A DNA stretch of 64,000 bases from Chara braunii (taxonomy: Eukaryota; Plantae; Charophyceae). The stretch covers positions 1,281,792 through 1,345,791 of the forward strand of contig BFEA01000038.1 in the NCBI GenBank assembly GCA_003427395.1. Direction: 5' to 3'. Positions 37,805 through 50,599 of the stretch are shown piece after piece; the stretch's first letter is position 1, and every line of letters starts with the position of its first letter. The notes below the pieces were generated by a model. The model was not told the origin of the DNA. It made no database searches and worked only from the letters and a program-made list of their open reading frames with translations. The position numbers and the translations under genes are program-made.

Positions 37805-39563
37805 AAAGTGCCAATGATTAGATCAATCAATGTCATAATGCAGATCAAGCATACACCGTCATCATCGCAGTCACAGGGTGTGAAGTCTGTCTGTATGTAT
37901 GTAAGCGAGAAGAGAGCAAGTCAGATTACAAGAATAAAAATAATAATAAATAATAATAATAATAATAATAATAATCATTATAATGAAACGGATTTCACCA
38001 TTTGCCGTAGTTAATGGAGACCCAGGATTCGACCCCTCGACCCCACCTTACTTTTGTTCAGTAGATGTGTTGTCCCCGAGAGTTGAACCCGTGACCTGCG
38101 TATTCATAGACTGTTGGTAGGTCTGTCATAGGTTCATAAGCAGCAGGGGTTAGATTTGTAGATCTATAGAGTAGAGGTCTTAGCGAGTTTCAGAAGTCTA
38201 GCCGTAGTCCTTCAGGAAGGTCAGCAAGTGGTCAAGTGGGGAGTCAAGTGGTGGACTAAACTGCAGTGCAATTGCACAGGTTAGCAGTGAGTCCACAGTC
38301 AGTCAGCGGTAAGGTTCAGTCAGACCCCGTCCGGTCCAGCAAGTACCACGGGGACTCTGAGCACCGTGGGCCGATGGCAAAAGGGCAGACCAAGGAGTTT
38401 CTGGGGTATAAATCAAGAAACAGTGCCCAGCCTTTCATTCATTTCCTGCGTGAGTCATGCGGAATCGTTGTCACCACGACTTGTGCAAGGAGGTCTGCAG
38501 TGAGCCCAGAGGATGCAGTGGGCGTGGAAGACGGGTGTAGTCATAGTGTAGTGTGTCTGTTTCAGTGTCACTGTGTGCGTTTCTGTGTTACTGCCTCTGT
38601 TACAGTGTATCTGTCACCGTGTGACACTGTCGCCGTGTGTATGAGTACCTGCGCGTGTCACTTAGTACGTGTCTGTGCACAGTGTCTGTGTCACCGTGCC
38701 TATATCAACGTGTGAATGTGTTTGCATGTCACAGAGTGACTGTCGTTGTATGACTGTGTATCTGTGTTACAATATGTGTTTGTCTGTCCAATCTGTCTGT
38801 CTTTCTATCTGCCCGTGGATGGCAAGGGCATAGGTTCTCCTTGGTAGGTTAGCAGTACCACTGCACTGAGTCAGCGGTACGTCCCTACACAATCAGTGGT
38901 ACGGTCCCAGTCAGTCTAAGTCCAGTCAAGCAAGTACCTCATTGGGGCTGTGGGCACTCAGGGCCGATGGAAAGGCCAATACCAAACAGAAGCATAAGTC
39001 AAAATGCAGCGCCAAGCCATCCATTCATTCCTGCGTAGCCATCCGGAAGCGCTGCTACAGCGAACTGTGCTATGGTGGTCTGCACGAGCCAGGAGAGTGC
39101 AGTGGCGAGAGGAAGGGGCATAGCCATAGGTTAGCAGTTGCGCAGTGTAGTGTGTGTTTTCAGTGTCACTGTGTGTTTCTGTGTTACTGCCCTGTTACAT
39201 TGTATCTGTCTGCCTGTTTCGTCTGTTTGGCTGTTGATTTGTTCGTCTGTCTTGGTCTGTTTTGTTTGTCTGTCATCTGTTTGTTTGCATTTCTCACTCC
39301 CTTTCTGTCTGCCTGCATTTCTGTCTGTTTCGCCTGTCTGCTGCACACGTTTTTTTTTCTGTGTGTGTGTAGTAAGTATACTTGTGGGGTATCCAGCATG
39401 GCCCTGTGTGTGTGTGCAACAAAGTTTTATTGGGGCGCTGTGGCGCCATAATCATCGCAGTGAACTCGTGTCTGGGCTTCCATATCTCTGAGTTTTTGAG
39501 TGGGCACATGTCGCCAGTTTAGTGTGAAGCCTGTTCGCAGGCATGTGAAGCCAGTCTGATTCC

Positions 39564-39629
<66 letters not shown>

Positions 39630-39632
39630 GCA

Positions 39633-40238
39633 AGAAAAATGAGAAATAGCAAGATGACAATATTCAGATTGCACAATCACGCTGATAGGCAGGACGTATC
39701 ACAGTGTTCAGAAAGCAGCATTGTACCAGTATAACACCAATGGAGGTTTTTAGTACTGAAAACTAGTGTCAAGGAGAGCATACTCTCTGCACGCCAACAC
39801 AAGAGTCTCATCCCTTCACTTTCCTACTTGCGATCATCGTCCAGCCTACCCCTACACAGCTACCACAGCCTACGAATTGACAACGCAACTGTCGACATCA
39901 GCGGCACCCAAAGAACTTGAAGATGTCACCTACGCAGAAAAATGAGAAATAGCAAGATGACAATATTCAGATTGCACAATCACGTTGATAGGCAGGATGT
40001 ATCACAGTGTTCAGAAAGCACCATTGTACCAGTATAACACCAATGGAGGTTTGTAGTACTTAAAACTAGTGTCCACGAGAGCATACTATCTGCACGCCAA
40101 CACAAGAGTCTCATCCCTTCACTTTCCTACTTGCGATCAGCGTCCAGCCTACCCCTACACAGCTACCACAGCCTACGAATTGACAACGCAACTGTCGACA
40201 TCAGCGGCACCCAAAGTACTTGAAGATGTCACCTACGC
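39633..40238. repeat. 303-bp tandem duplication inside the LTR, near (AAT)n tracts
   Basis: agaaaaatgagaaatagcaag starts at 39633 and again at 39936. Confidence 0.92.
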
Positions 40239-40511
40239 AGTCCATCGCCAACACAAGGTAAGTGCCATCACATCTCATCACCATTAACACCGAATCAAAG
40301 TCGTCATCCCATCTGGCGCTCGGCGCCGAGACTGCAATGGCAGATCCTATCTAGCCTACTACTTCAACGCTTCGGATGATGACAACAACTCTCACAAAGT
40401 ATGGGCAGATCTCGGCTAATGCTGCATACGTCAAGCACCAAGTATGTCTTTCGTATCACTCATAACCTCGATCCCAACTCACAGTCCTGATCTGCCCGCA
40501 AATGTTCGTAG

Positions 40512-40568
<57 letters not shown>

Positions 40569-40982
40569 TAATAATAGTAAGATGATGAGCAAACGCGAAC
40601 TTCAGCAATCAAACAGCATCATACATATGAGTCCAGATAGTCTTGACCTCGAACCAACAACAACATTGCATCACGAGATTCACCAAATAAGAACGCACCA
40701 AGAGTTCATAATTGACAATGCTGAAATAGTCTCACCATCATCAACGAAGAACTAGAGTTGATATCCTATCTGGCGCTCGACGCCCAGACTACATGTGGCA
40801 GATCCTATCTAGCCTGTACTACGAAGCCGAAAAGATGACATCAACAACATTCTCGAAGTACGAGCATATGGCGACCAATGTCGCATGCTTCCAGCACCAG
40901 GTATGTCTCTCGCCTTACTCACAGCTTCGTTCCCAACACACAGATGTCACTTGCACCCAGAACCTCCCTACACCTAATAATG

Positions 40983-41036
<54 letters not shown>

Positions 41037-41162
41037 CAAGGAAAACAAGCAACAGCGAGATAACAATTCCAGACAACACCATCACATTGAAAGTCAGTCA
41101 GTCACACCGTGTCGCATGCAAAAGCATGGTCAAATACCCTTGTAAGGGTATTTGGTCCGACA

Positions 41163-41178
41163 GTATCCCAGACCCCAT
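41163..41178 (-). promoter_or_regulatory. PPT of the giant element
   Basis: Minus strand ggggtctgggatac abuts the LTR and nearly matches the small element's PPT. Confidence 0.75.
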
Positions 41179-43868
41179 TAAGCGACGTCCCCGTCGCCTG
41201 GATAGTATATGCAAACAAAAGATGTTTTCCGACAAGCAAATCGTCAAATCCGAATCCTGGAATGAAATGTGGTTCAGGATTAACGTCGTCACCTCACTTT
41301 TCATTATTACTGTCGAAATTTTAACCCGGGTCTCTCACATAAAATAAATTCAATGACTTGAAGTGGGGATACTTGATTCGTACTACAGTACATGAAATAG
41401 TCAAGTATGACAACGCTCCTTTCCTTCCCCACACCCTTAGTCTTTGGCCCAGGTATTCGTTGGTTGTTTTTTAGGGTCGGTGTCCGCGTGTGAACTCAAC
41501 CCTTCAAACGCGGGTCCTAACCGAGACCTTGGGTGTTCAACTCTTGGTATCACAATCCAAAGTTACCTGTCGTCCTTCCCAAAGCCTAATATAGGAGGAC
41601 AACGGTCTCCATCATGACTCACCACAGTCCTGCTGATCAGGCTGGAGCTGCGACCCACCGCGTTGTTGCTTATCGGTGGTTACCCTCGTTGGTTGTGCAA
41701 CGATGGGATACTCATCCTATCTTTTTAAAATTCATAGATTTCAAGACTAATCTCGATCCCTTCGACATCCACCTGAATAGATCCTTTCATTGGGGTGACC
41801 ACCCCTCTAGTTTATCTTCGAGGTCATAGTCGAAGGGTCCGCTGCCTGGTTACGCTAGGTCAGCAGCCCATGCTGGGAGTTACATCCTAACGATGCCAAT
41901 TTTTCACCATAGGCTTGGTAATTTATGCCCTCAGGTTAACCCTTGAAATAGATGAACGATGTTTCTTTTTAAAAGATAGACAAAGTAGACAAGATTTTAA
42001 AAAAAACAATTGAGATATCGTCAGATTATCATTTAGGGTTGTGCCCTCCAAGTCTTTGATCATAGCTCGGTGAGGCACACACCTCGGGGTCATTTTATAT
42101 ATATAAACCAATATTTGAAATAAAATCAATGGTTGTTGACTCTTTGCTTGTCTGAAACCAACAAAACAAACATCCCATTCATAAAATGATTGCAAAAAAC
42201 GTTTTAACTCATTGAAAATTTTTTGTCCATGTCGTAGCATGGTTTCTCAAACATGTACATATAATCAATCCTTCCAACATCTTGGTCATACAACCTTTTA
42301 CATGACTTTCACACAAGGTACTGATCCGTCCGTTTCTCTACCACCATCTTTAAGCCTCAGATGAGTTCAATAGTGATAGACAAAGGGAAAAACTGACTCA
42401 CAAAAGACTCAAACCATAGACAAGGATTCACTCACAACGTGAAAAGTGTTTGCGGTCATCAACTCATCCCCTTTGGATACATATATAAATACAAAGTATG
42501 TTACAATGAGTCAGACTTGCGACTCATCTCTCTCGTCCTCATACTTATCCTCAAATGTCCATGCATTTTCTTATACTATCATCTATTCTAAACCTTTATC
42601 CTATCAAAACTCAAGGAGAAGAAACTTATCAATTTTTCAGACTGCACTCTACTTATCCATGTTCTCTCTTACCCAACAAAACACCTCAATTTATCTAGAA
42701 GTTCATACATCTACTTGTTTTTAATCTAAGTAGTGATGGTCAGCCCCACTATCCGATTAAGCCCCGCTCTGCCACCCTCGGATTATTATGTCCAGAGATG
42801 ACCACCAATCTTTCTCGTAAGTGAAACTTAGTCATTCCCAACTCAATGTACTTTGCCAGTGTCTCACAATCATCCCTGAAGTGCCCTTCTTTTGTGCAAA
42901 GGAAGCATCCACTTCTGGTCTTACTGCTTGTGGCCTTCTTCTTGTGATGCTAAGCTGAGGTTTTTGTCTGATTTTCTGCTCCTTCCGATGTCTCAATGTC
43001 AGACAACCCCCTCCTCTGGGTTCCTTCCTGCTGAAGTAAAATCAAACATTCACTCTCTCTTTTCTGACAAAGGCCCCTTTTCTCCTTGCTCTCCTGCCTT
43101 TCCTTTGCCTCTCCTCTCCTTTGGGATGGACCCTCACACTCAATCCTTCTCTCTTTCCAGCTCTTCCTCTTCCATTGCCTTATCTTTTTTCTCTCTGACC
43201 ATTTTCTCACCCTTTCTCATTTCTACCCCCTTTTCTTTCATTCTCAACTGATTTTCTCACTTCAGTTTTCTTTGGCAATTGGAGCCCCACTCACCTACTG
43301 AGGTCCTCTTTCGACACTTTTTGTTTTCTCTTCTTGGTCATGGGTGAAAGAAGTTGTGAAGATCTCCTTGTCAAACACTCTGTCCTCTCAAGAGAACGAC
43401 GTACAACCCTTGAGTACGACCTCTTCTCCCATGTAGACTTTGAGAAATTCTCCAGCTTACCTTTGAAGTTAATGACGCAACGGCTTCAAAGGTACCATGC
43501 AACATTATGGTACTAAGCTCACTCTATTATCTTTTCACTCTTCTTTCATTGAACTCTCACTCTTCTCCCACCCTTATACCAGAAGTGTTATAGCAACACC
43601 CCTATCATCAATCTCTGCTCCTGTTTTCACTCAATTACCTTGGTAGGCTCCATCATTTTCTTTTACTGATAACTGAACTCTGCCCTGAACCTCTCATCTT
43701 CTCCTTCATATCTTTTAATTCTAACTTAATCCCCCCACCTTACGTGCTGACCTCTCTACACATCTTCCCTACCTCATTATTCAATATCTCTAACGGAAAC
43801 GTTTCTATCTTTGGTAGTTACGATCTCTTGACGACCTGATTATCTAATGACCTTGCAATCTTCAGTGA

Positions 43869-44965
43869 CTAATACAGGTATTTTGTTCCTGTCCGCCATT
43901 CGTACTCTCGTCGCAAGGCTTCCTGTCTCGTCCCTCCAGGTATGTTTGGGTCAATGGGGTTTCTAAACCTGTCATAAACACTTCCTTCAATATTGGTGTT
44001 TATTAGACCATTTGCTTCATCAGTTTTTCTGACATGGCAAAACCTCATTATGTGCCCGTCTTGGGTACAATGCCTGCAGACCGCATTCTTCAAACCCATT
44101 CTTCCTTTTCCAAGCCTTTGACCACTTTCGATCCTGATGACGTTCCAATTTCTATTATCACCTCTCTTATTGTCTTTTCTATCCCTTCCTCTACCATTGT
44201 TTCCAAGGCCCTTATTACCATGACGTCCACTTCCTCGTCTACCATTATCTTGATCTCTTCCCCAATCTTGACCTTTTTCGCAGTCATGGACCATTCGAGT
44301 TCGGTTTCTTGCCTTCCGCTGGGCCTTGGTCAACTTTTGAGGTCTAGGTTTTTCTTCTATCTCAATCACGTTTTCACCTCTTTCTCCAGCTTGGTTATCA
44401 TATCGCTTCTTCTTTGCCTTCACAGGTCGGAGAGAACCTTGATTATCATCATTCGTTTTCTCTCCACTACAGCTAGCCCGTCCGACATCCCCTCTGAGAC
44501 CTTTCGCTTGCCCTTTTTGTCCCTTTCTAGTTGTGTCATTCTCTCTTCCAATGCTCTTACCTGTTTCTGTATACTGTCTAGTTCGCCTTGTGCTGACGCA
44601 CCATCGATTATTCGATCAGGGTCTTTACAATGATGACTGTCGATTTCGTGCTCGGAAAACCTCAAGCTTAACAAACTTTGCAGTTCACTCAAAGTTCGCG
44701 ATTTCAACATGAAATCGTATACTTCCTCATCCAACTCCTCACATACGAACAAAGGAAACATAGTCAATATCGCTCTCTCATCCCTTTTTTTCATAAGGCT
44801 AAAGTTGCGGTAATCGCGCAAAAAGTTAGACAAGTTCTTCCCTTGAAACAGCAGAGCTCTAAGGTCTGGGGGCATTGACTCGTCTACGGATTCACGTGTC
44901 AATACTTTAGCGAGAGAAGAATTCCTCCAAAGAAGGACCTTATCCAAACCACTATTTCCAGCCAT
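43869..44965 (-). pseudogene. gag: gag of the giant element (frameshifted)
   Basis: LFQGKNLSNFLRDY capsid-like N-terminus, a coiled coil, and knuckle CRHCTQDGHIMRFC. ATG at 44965 in GCCATGG context. Confidence 0.8.
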
Positions 44966-45219
44966 GGCCGCCGCTGCTATCCTGTACAAATACAGCAAGC
45001 GACGAGGCGTTAGGCCGTAAGCCGAAGATGATATCCAATAAGCTCATTCATTCTCACCTTAACAAGTCCAAAGGATACTAGGGCATAAGCTTTAGACGTC
45101 CATTTGACGGAGCAAGTATCCTCTGCACTGACCTTAAAAAGGAACGAATAGAGGAAACAGTTGTATTAAAAGAGATACTTGAATAAGAACAGAAGTTTGC
45201 TAGAAGGAAGTAGTAACAT

Positions 45220-45891
45220 TCACTGCCTGCATACCTCCATTCGGAGTTCATCCCAATATTCCAACGTTTTGCTTAGATCGCGAGAATCAGTGGAAGTGCT
45301 ATCAATGTAAGTCGCGCTTTGGAGTTCTGCGTGGAGGAGCATGGACCCCATCTCTAGGTACAGACCGTATACTATCTCGCTAGTATAATGTTTGTGTCCC
45401 CATTCTCGTACTACCAAAGCGGCCTCCGTTGCTGCTTTTATTTTCTCTCGTTCTCCGATATACTCCTCTACAGGAAACTCGGGTAAGACGGCCCGCAACG
45501 ATGCTGAGGGGAACACAAACTGCTTAGCATCTCTAACTTCTATAACAGTGGATACTGGCTCCTCTTTTTTTTTACATATTCCTCTTGCCCACTTCGCGGC
45601 AGCTATCTTAGCTAGCCTAAAGGGTCTCGCGGACAGACTCTCACATCCCAGTGCAAGTTCAATACCAACTGCAATCCAAAAGGATGATGAGATGTATACG
45701 GTTACTTTCACAATTGCACTGTCTCCAACATCGTCGAAGCCAGGTTCAATCCAAACAAAGATATCCCTATTCAAAGATGTACCCCACCAAGAAGTGATAT
45801 ACTCATTCTCCCTGACTCGTCTTAGCAAGGACATCTCTAGTTCGCCCCCCTTTTTCAATAGGCAAGACGATATTGGGGTTTTCCTTAGCAT
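45220..45891 (-). CDS. Uncharacterised 223-aa ORF upstream of gag (Ogre ORF1-like position)
   Basis: Intact ORF with globular-looking composition on the element strand, preceded by an acceptor-like tttgaacAG near 45927. No recognised domain. Confidence 0.45.
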   Translation of the reverse strand: MLRKTPISSCLLKKGGELEMSLLRRVRENEYITSWWGTSLNRDIFVWIEPGFDDVGDSAIVKVTVYISSSFWIAVGIELALGCESLSARPFRLAKIAAAKWARGICKKKEEPVSTVIEVRDAKQFVFPSASLRAVLPEFPVEEYIGEREKIKAATEAALVVREWGHKHYTSEIVYGLYLEMGSMLLHAELQSATYIDSTSTDSRDLSKTLEYWDELRMEVCRQ

Positions 45892-48800
45892 ACGGCATTC
45901 TGCCTTTCTTTAGCTACCTCTAGGTTCTGTTCAAACAGACAAATGTCCATCAAACACCTCCCATCACTTCACAGAGTCCCTCCTTCCTACAATAGTTTTC
46001 CCGCAAGGTAATATTCAAATCATACCTTTCTACCGTTGCTAATGTCCAACGCCTAAGATCATTCAAAGCAGGTCATAATAGTATATTGCGATAGCAATGC
46101 ATTTGCAATTTCTGAATGTCATAAATTATTATAATGACTGTTACTCATAGTGGGGACATACAGTCATAGCAATCACAATAGTTAATAATTATAATAAATA
46201 GTTTTAACAAGCAAGAGACAAGCCTAATAAGCATATGCATGCATTGGTGATGATGAAAAACTTATGGTATCTGTTACGATCATAGACAACAGTCATGCTG
46301 TAGTCAATAAAATTTTTAATGATAATTTTTTTTGGATGCAAAATAATGAGAGTACTACATTCTACTCCCCGGGCTTTGATAGAAGTATATTGTGTCAAGA
46401 GGCAGTGTAATCCCCTAAAGGGATAACATCTTAGACTCCTGAGCCCCGCTCAAGGACCAAGCCTCACTGCTTTACCCTCCGATTCCAGTATCCGTTCCTT
46501 GCAGACTCTTGTCAACTAGTGGAAAACCTCACCGTACACGTTTCAGGATGACATATCCTTTCTCGTGATGATGAACTCACTTGACACAAAGATAGTAGGG
46601 GAATCACCCCCTACCTCCTTGCGGCATTTGCCTTCATCATAGACCATAGTCTAACAAGATTAAAGCACTGTCTCCTTCTCAGTAGTAATGTAGTCACCAT
46701 TACTCAAAGGGTCACGTGACAACACCCCACTATGGACCAGGAACATAGTTCCGGCGCGGGTCTCACTACTACCTTAGAAGACTGATTTATAGTTACTTCA
46801 AACCATCTGTCATGGAAAGGATAACTTAGGATTGTAACTCCCCCAAGGATAGACTCTACACATTGACCACCTCTTGAGAGAATCTCTTCTCCCTAAGAGT
46901 CGGTCACTCCATTCACCTCCGACCCCGCGTCGGACGTGGATTCTGCGTAGCTTCTCTATCCTTTATAAGGAGAGCAATCCAGACAAACGAGCTCAAAATA
47001 TAGATGAATAGTGAAATTTGATTAGCTCAGACGGATGAATTCAAGTGCACAGTCTGTAATAAATAAACTCATATAGACAACTCAATTAATTAACCATGAA
47101 TAAAATACATCAGATAGATAGTTTCACGTGAATAGTATTAAAATAGCCTTACCTCAAATAGACTGACATGAATGGATAATTTTAAAACGGATAACCTCAA
47201 ATGAATGACCTTAAGAGAATGAATTTAAGCCCTCATATTCAACTGGGTATATTTAAGTAGATGGTCCAGGGTGGATGAGTTTAAGCAACTACCCTCATGC
47301 CTGAATATAGTCACCAAGCTAAACATAAACAAGATGGTTTGACACCTACTTCCTCACTAACACTTAAAATTATGTGCCTCTTCTTGCAAGCACTACAATT
47401 GTCATAATAAGTTGTTCTATTCATTATGTTCGCCCCCCTTTTTGTGGACCTGCCAGACTTCTGACTGAACAGACCTCCACCCGTAAACTTTGCTCGCAAG
47501 TACAGCCCTTAAACTAACAGAAAGTCTAAATGAGTCAATTCACGTGCACAAGTCATGTACTCAATCCACCTTTATTGTTCATCTATCCCCCATCTCACTT
47601 CTCTTACACTTCAAGTTTTTAGTTTGATACATGCTTAAATTAGCACATTACCACCTTCTCCAACTTCTATCTCCTAGCTAAATCATCGGACTCTACTTAT
47701 TGACAATAAGTGTCATATGCAACTTCCACCTACCCTCACCTCCTCGGGTCACTCCCTTAGAGATCCTGACATCTTTCTTACTACATCTGCCTATCTTTAA
47801 CTCCTTCACATGTCAATCCCTGACTCTCTTTAAATGCTCGTTCAATGCTTCATATAATTTTCTTGTAAAGCAAGTAGGAGATCAACCTGCAAATCCCTAG
47901 TTGACATGACAAAAATATAACAAGGGAGATGCACAGTCTCCAATCGGATGACGCGGATTGAAAGATGACAGGAGGGTCAAGAATGTGAGGTGTTGGCTGG
48001 GACCCTAGTTGGCAGGATTCAGGAAGGACGGTCACTTGTCGTTCTTAAGCACAGGAAAAAGGCGGTGGATAAGGTCCGAAGCGGCGGCGGCTTGGTGACT
48101 CACAACGCAGAGGTGAGGTGCCGTAATGCCTCTCACATTTGTAGTACGCCAACTTCCCCGGAGACGGGGTACGCTCACCCCACTCGTCCTCATGCCTACG
48201 AGCCTCTACCCCTTCTTCCTTCTCTTCTAGCCCTTCATCTTCCTTTTTCCAATCCTCCCACTTTTTGGTCAAATCCATAGGTCTCTCGGCGACTTCCCTT
48301 ACCTTCCGCTTCTTCCTCTCCCAGTACCAGTCCCACGGTCTTTGGGTGCCATATTAATGTGAGGACAATAGTTAGACAATAGAGTTTTTCAAGTTATCTG
48401 ACCTGATACCGTTGTCGAGCGCATCGGTCCCACACGGGGACCCTCCCGGCCGCGTCACGCAGGATTTGGCAGGATTTGTCGTGGAGAGCGTTTGCCGCTC
48501 TGGCCGAGTGCGCCAGCCGTACCTCTCGCGAGCCCCTATGACAGGACAGAGTCACGTGAGGCACCGCTACCTCCACCTGCGGGAGTTGTCATCATCCCTC
48601 AGGTGGGCGTATCCCCGCCGAGCTACTGAACCAGATGCGAAAGTTTTTCGTATGCAATTGCAGAGGTGGCCCAACCGAGGGCGTTTCTCGCTCGCTGTAG
48701 CATAGGGGTTACGCACGGTCGAACGCCCAAATCCGAACCCGTATGCGAATCGCCGTACTGGGGGACTGAAGTCCCAAATGCGACTCGGCGTCGGTCGACT

Positions 48801-50599
48801 AGGACACACCCTACACACCACGCGTTACGTCACAACTCTCACACTTACCACACATAACACAGAAAACACCACAAACAGCACAACAACACAACAATACTCT
48901 TAGTCCCTTCAGTATCCGACCCATAACCTTAAGCGATGGGAATCAGGTAAGTATCGCGCGCCGGACTTCCATATAAGTGTTGAGTAACCGTATGGCCTTC
49001 TCAAGTCAATCAGCCATGCGAACATACGCAAGCCTTCGTGCTGATGGGGTACCACGCGGTACTTGTGGCTTCACGCCCCTTGATATTCTCGAGGGTCGCG
49101 TTTGACACTCAAGTGTCGGCTGACAGACGCTTTGAGAGGCAATCTCTCGACGCCAGTCAGCCTCCATGTGCGGTTGAAGACCACACCCTGTTCTGCACAC
49201 TGTGCAGAGGTGTTGAGTAGACAACTCCAAGCTATCGTGGCGGTCAAGTATCAAGGGGTTTGACTTTGACGGTTGCCACGGACTACAACGTCCAACCATA
49301 ATAGCTCTAAGAAGCAAGAATTTAGCAGGGACCTCTCTTTTCTCTCAGTGCAACCCTTACTTAATCACTATGCGCGGCCTCAATGGGCCGAGCGAGCACA
49401 AGAAAACATGATTTAAAGGTTATAAGATAGGAGACGACCACTCTCACAATCACGGCGTGGCTTCCTTCAAATATATATATATATATATACACATATAATC
49501 ATACGCCTAACCAAGCCTAAACTTCAACTCACAGAACATACCTGAGATCACATCAAAAATCCACATCAACAGAGCATACACTACACGAGGTCAACTTCAA
49601 CCATTCTTTGCACTCACACCCCTCGCTTTAGCCATACAAGCCTCACTCTTTGTGCAGCTTTCAAAATAAAATACTCAGCATCTTTATCAAATGATCATTC
49701 AATTAAAGCCCGGGTGAAAATGAAACAAAACAACACAAAACACAGGGCTAAAGCCTTTTTAGGTTGAGTGGCAAGAGTGGATTTAGAGTTAAGCTGGAAA
49801 CCGACCTGTTATCAAAAGATAACAGAAGATGATCTTTGTAAGATCAGCTTGAAACTAGCCAAGCCTTGAATCAATCTGAATAAAGGTGACCTGCAATGCA
49901 GCACAGGCCAGTACCCAAGCCATGCTTGAGTGATCAAGAAATGATCCTACCTTTCTAACTAACCTTTGATATCTATCTACAAATACAGGAAATTTCAGCA
50001 GCATATCCCCTAAACAGGATGGATTGCCAGATCTTTCCTAGCTGAAAATACTCTAACTCTCTAAACTCAGCAAACTTTCGGCAGCGCTTCTCGTAGGAAA
50101 AAGTGCCCTCCCAGAATTTCTACAAGTTCAAAAATGACTAACTCTTTCGGATTTGTAGAAATTTTCGGTCGTGCTTCCTGTAGGAAAAGTGGGCTACCAA
50201 GATTTATACAAAGCTGAAAACAAAAATGCAAGACAAAACTATACCTGGGACTAACTTCTGACACCTGCTTGATAACTTAGGCTCAACATTAGTCTGCATG
50301 CCCTCTGAGTGAGACCATGAGCCAATGCTGATCCTAACCCTCATCAGAGTCGGTCCTATCTCATCCCAAGCTTCCCTCCCATCATCCATCTCATCTACCT
50401 ATAGCTCCAGCACTCTGCAAGCATCTAAAACAACTAACCTATCCAAAAAGAGAAGTCCCCAGAGATAGTCCCTCAAAAACACACACATGAGTGAGTACAA
50501 CAAATATCTCCTACCAACCCTCAGGTTCCTTTCAGATCTCATAGTTTGTTCAGAAAACCTCATTATTATCTTTTTACCCTTCCTTACATAGGACATAGG

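Larger units (their letters stand above)
32093..41162 (-). repeat. 3' LTR of the giant element (9070 bp including a MITE, a duplication and a gap)
   Basis: Starts tgtcgcgtgc; ends atacccttgtaagggtatttggtccgaca like the small and solo LTRs; followed by the PPT complement. Confidence 0.88.

Noticed and set aside
50320-50360. Hammerhead ribozyme (minus-strand CTGATGAG)
   Set aside because: No stem II followed by GAAA.
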